Positions 60,479-62,390 of a DNA stretch of 62,390 nt are shown here, piece after piece. The position numbers and the translations under genes were made by a program. The stretch spans positions 1-62,390 of the forward strand of contig JASMDC010000023.1 of NCBI GenBank assembly GCA_030753015.1. Reading direction: 5' to 3'. The notes below the pieces were generated by a model. The model had not been told where the DNA came from and ran no database searches. It saw nothing but the letters and a program-made list of their open reading frames with translations. The stretch is from Candidatus Undinarchaeales archaeon. GTDB lineage: Archaea; SpSt-1190; JASMDC01. Within the stretch, counting starts at the first letter, position 1; each line of letters begins with the position of its first letter.

Positions 60479-61891
60479 CTAGTTACCTTCACCGCTCTCG
60501 GCGCCTTTAGTGATGGCGACGGAAGCGGAGGCTCCGATACGGGTCGCTCCCGCAGCGATCATGGCCTTGGCGGTCTCGGTATCACGGATCCCACCTGATG
60601 CCTTTATTCCCATGTCGGGGCCGACGGTGGTCCGCATGAGCGCGATGTCCTCCACAGTGGCACCCGAGGGCCCGAATCCTGTTGAGGTCTTGACGAAGTC
60701 GGCGCCGGCCATCTTGGCCAATAGGCAGCCGCGCACCTTCTCATCCTTGCTCAGGAGCGCGGTCTCAAGGATTACCTTGACGATCGCTTGGCCTTGAGCC
60801 GCTTCGACCACGGCCTCTATATCGCGACGGACGAGATCGTCGTCCCCGGACTTGAGCGCACCTACGTTGATGACCATGTCTATCTCGTTGGCGCCATTTG
60901 CGATGGCATCACGGGTTTCAATACCCTTGGTCGTGGGTGTTGTGGCACCCAGTGGGAATCCGATGACAGTAGTGACCTTCACATTGGATCCCTTCACCAG
61001 GTCGGCGGCTTGCTTGACGTTTGTGGGATTGATGCACACCGAGGCGAAGCCGTACTGGACGGCCTCCTCGCATAGCTTGCGGATCTGCTCGGTGGTGGCG
61101 TCGGGTTTGAGCAGAGTGTGGTCGATCGTCTTGGCGATCTCCTTGTCCTCGATCCGCGTTCCCGCCGCTGCGCCGATGCGGTCGGCACCAGCAGCGAGTA
61201 TGCCACGGACACTATCGGCGTTGTTGATCACGCAAAGCCCGCATGCCAGGCACTCCTCACCCTTGCCCTGTGCGCACACGAGGGATACCTTCTTCCCTCC
61301 GGCGATATCGGCCAGGTCGACCAGTGTGAGCCCGAGCTCCTCCAAGCCATCGAGCATGCCCTCCAAGCGTTTACGGGCCCCATCAGGTACCTGCTCCAGG
61401 GGGATACATGCGGAGGGGATACCGTCACGTGCCGCTACGACGGTCTTTCCCTGAAGAGCTGCGAACACCGCGAGCTTGACAGGTAGTGTGTCTGTTACGG
61501 TGTCAGCTATCTTCGATGCCGACGCAAGGTCCAGAAGAGGGATGAATACCACAGATGCACCTTTGAGAAGGTTGAGTACATCAGGGCCATCGCTCTCGGT
61601 GAGAATAGTAGCTCCGGGCGCTGCCACGGAGAGCCTCGAACTCGGGAAGAGCGCCTCTGCCCCGTTCGCGAGCACGATGGTGGCGTCGGATGCCTCGGCA
61701 CAGATGCACCGCACCTGGTCGAGCACGGCATCCACATCGCCGCGGTCCCCTGCGAGCACAACGAGCACTCCTCCTGGGGGAGTCGAGGGAGCAAAGGATT
61801 CGGGACACGCTTTCTCAGGCGCTTCCATTCGCTTCATGACCTGCTCCGTGACCTTCTTAACAAGCGATTCGATGTCGGTGTCCTGAACCAT
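60479..61891 (-). CDS. deoC: Deoxyribose-phosphate aldolase with N-terminal encapsulation-peptide-like helix, flavoprotein-like domain and Cys linker
   Basis: C-terminal [64 protein letters not shown]; N-terminal [17 protein letters not shown]; GAGGTTGA ribosome-binding site. Confidence 0.93.
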   Translation of the reverse strand: MVQDTDIESLVKKVTEQVMKRMEAPEKACPESFAPSTPPGGVLVVLAGDRGDVDAVLDQVRCICAEASDATIVLANGAEALFPSSRLSVAAPGATILTESDGPDVLNLLKGASVVFIPLLDLASASKIADTVTDTLPVKLAVFAALQGKTVVAARDGIPSACIPLEQVPDGARKRLEGMLDGLEELGLTLVDLADIAGGKKVSLVCAQGKGEECLACGLCVINNADSVRGILAAGADRIGAAAGTRIEDKEIAKTIDHTLLKPDATTEQIRKLCEEAVQYGFASVCINPTNVKQAADLVKGSNVKVTTVIGFPLGATTPTTKGIETRDAIANGANEIDMVINVGALKSGDDDLVRRDIEAVVEAAQGQAIVKVILETALLSKDEKVRGCLLAKMAGADFVKTSTGFGPSGATVEDIALMRTTVGPDMGIKASGGIRDTETAKAMIAAGATRIGASASVAITKGAESGEGN

Positions 61892-61896
61892 TGTAA

Positions 61897-62187
61897 TCAA
61901 CCTCTGACCAGTGCTGGGTCGGGTATGTTCACTCCCTCTACATGGCCAATTATTGCTAGGTCCACGGGGAGAAAGTGGCCCTCGAATGGGTGGGTGGCCT
62001 CCTTCTTTGTGGCAAGATATACCAGTTCACCAGGCCCGGTCGTGCCTAGTGCGTCGACCGCGACCTCATGACGGCCAATTACCTCTCCGGCCTCATTGAC
62101 GCGCTGCACAACAAGGAGCTTGATGCCCGTGAGATGGGGGTCCTTTTGTGTACATACGACATTGCCCACCACCTGCGCGAGGAGCAT
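61897..62187 (-). CDS. eutN: EutN/CcmL family microcompartment vertex (BMC-P pentamer) protein
   Basis: [28 protein letters not shown]...[14 protein letters not shown]......EA.......[11 protein letters not shown], 96 aa. Confidence 0.92.
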   Translation of the reverse strand: MLLAQVVGNVVCTQKDPHLTGIKLLVVQRVNEAGEVIGRHEVAVDALGTTGPGELVYLATKKEATHPFEGHFLPVDLAIIGHVEGVNIPDPALVRG

Positions 62188-62209
62188 GGCGGGAAGGGAG
62201 CGCTGCAGC

Positions 62210-62217
62210 TTTAAATA
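62210..62217 (-). promoter_or_regulatory. Archaeal TATA box of the eutN-deoC-aldolase operon
   Basis: TATTTAAA on the minus strand, 22 nt upstream of the ATG at 62187, matching the spacing of other leaderless genes in the window. Confidence 0.65.
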
Positions 62218-62247
62218 GGTTGTCACAGGGTTTAGAATAAGAAGATG

Positions 62248-62273
62248 GGGGCCCCGGCCATGGCCGGAACCCC
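62248..62273 (-). terminator. GC-rich hairpin followed by a pyrimidine tract, downstream of the partial gene
   Basis: Minus strand GGGGTTCCGGCCATGGCCGGGGCCCC followed by CATCTTCTTATTCT. Confidence 0.5.
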
Positions 62274-62311
62274 TCCAGCCCGTTCTCTATCTGTTTGCGA
62301 TCTCTGTAAGG

Positions 62312-62390
62312 TTACACGACCTGGTGCGATACCTTGAATCCGCTGGGCAGGTTCAGACCAATGATGATGCGCTGGTCCTTCACATCCCCG
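62312..62390 (-). CDS. 3' end of an unidentified gene running off the window
   Basis: Minus-strand frame ...GDVKDQRIIIGLNLPSGFKVSHQVV* ending at TAA 62312-62314. Confidence 0.55.
   Translation of the reverse strand, partial: GDVKDQRIIIGLNLPSGFKVSHQVV

Overview
This is a 62-kb window of a GC-rich archaeal chromosome. Archaeal markers include rps13-rps4-rps11-rpoD-tRNA-Leu(GAG), rpl15e, TFE, an archaeal CCA-adding enzyme, a GHMP-type shikimate kinase, archaeal TopA, and TATA boxes about 25 nt upstream of leaderless genes. From left to right it holds a J-domain gene, a glycosylation cluster, glucan phosphorylase, and a membrane-receptor/KaiC-like ATPase/small GTPase/Roadblock signalling locus in which one receptor carries an in-frame TAG. 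Next come aroE/aroK, the ribosomal operon, accessory genes, a 1203-aa Cys-rich surface protein and a mirror-image divergent cluster of paralogous membrane proteins. Housekeeping genes follow (cca, eno, a LipS1-like radical SAM, a SerK-like kinase, iorAB, topA, a bacterial-type leuS). The most notable feature is at the right end: a three-gene operon behind an archaeal TATA promoter. It encodes a microcompartment vertex protein (EutN/CcmL, BMC-P), a deoxyribose-phosphate aldolase fused to an encapsulation-peptide-like helix and a flavoprotein-like domain, and a class II aldolase. These are components of a sugar-phosphate-utilising bacterial microcompartment in an archaeal genome, although no hexameric shell genes lie inside the window. 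All calls are from motif recognition by eye; no database searches were run.
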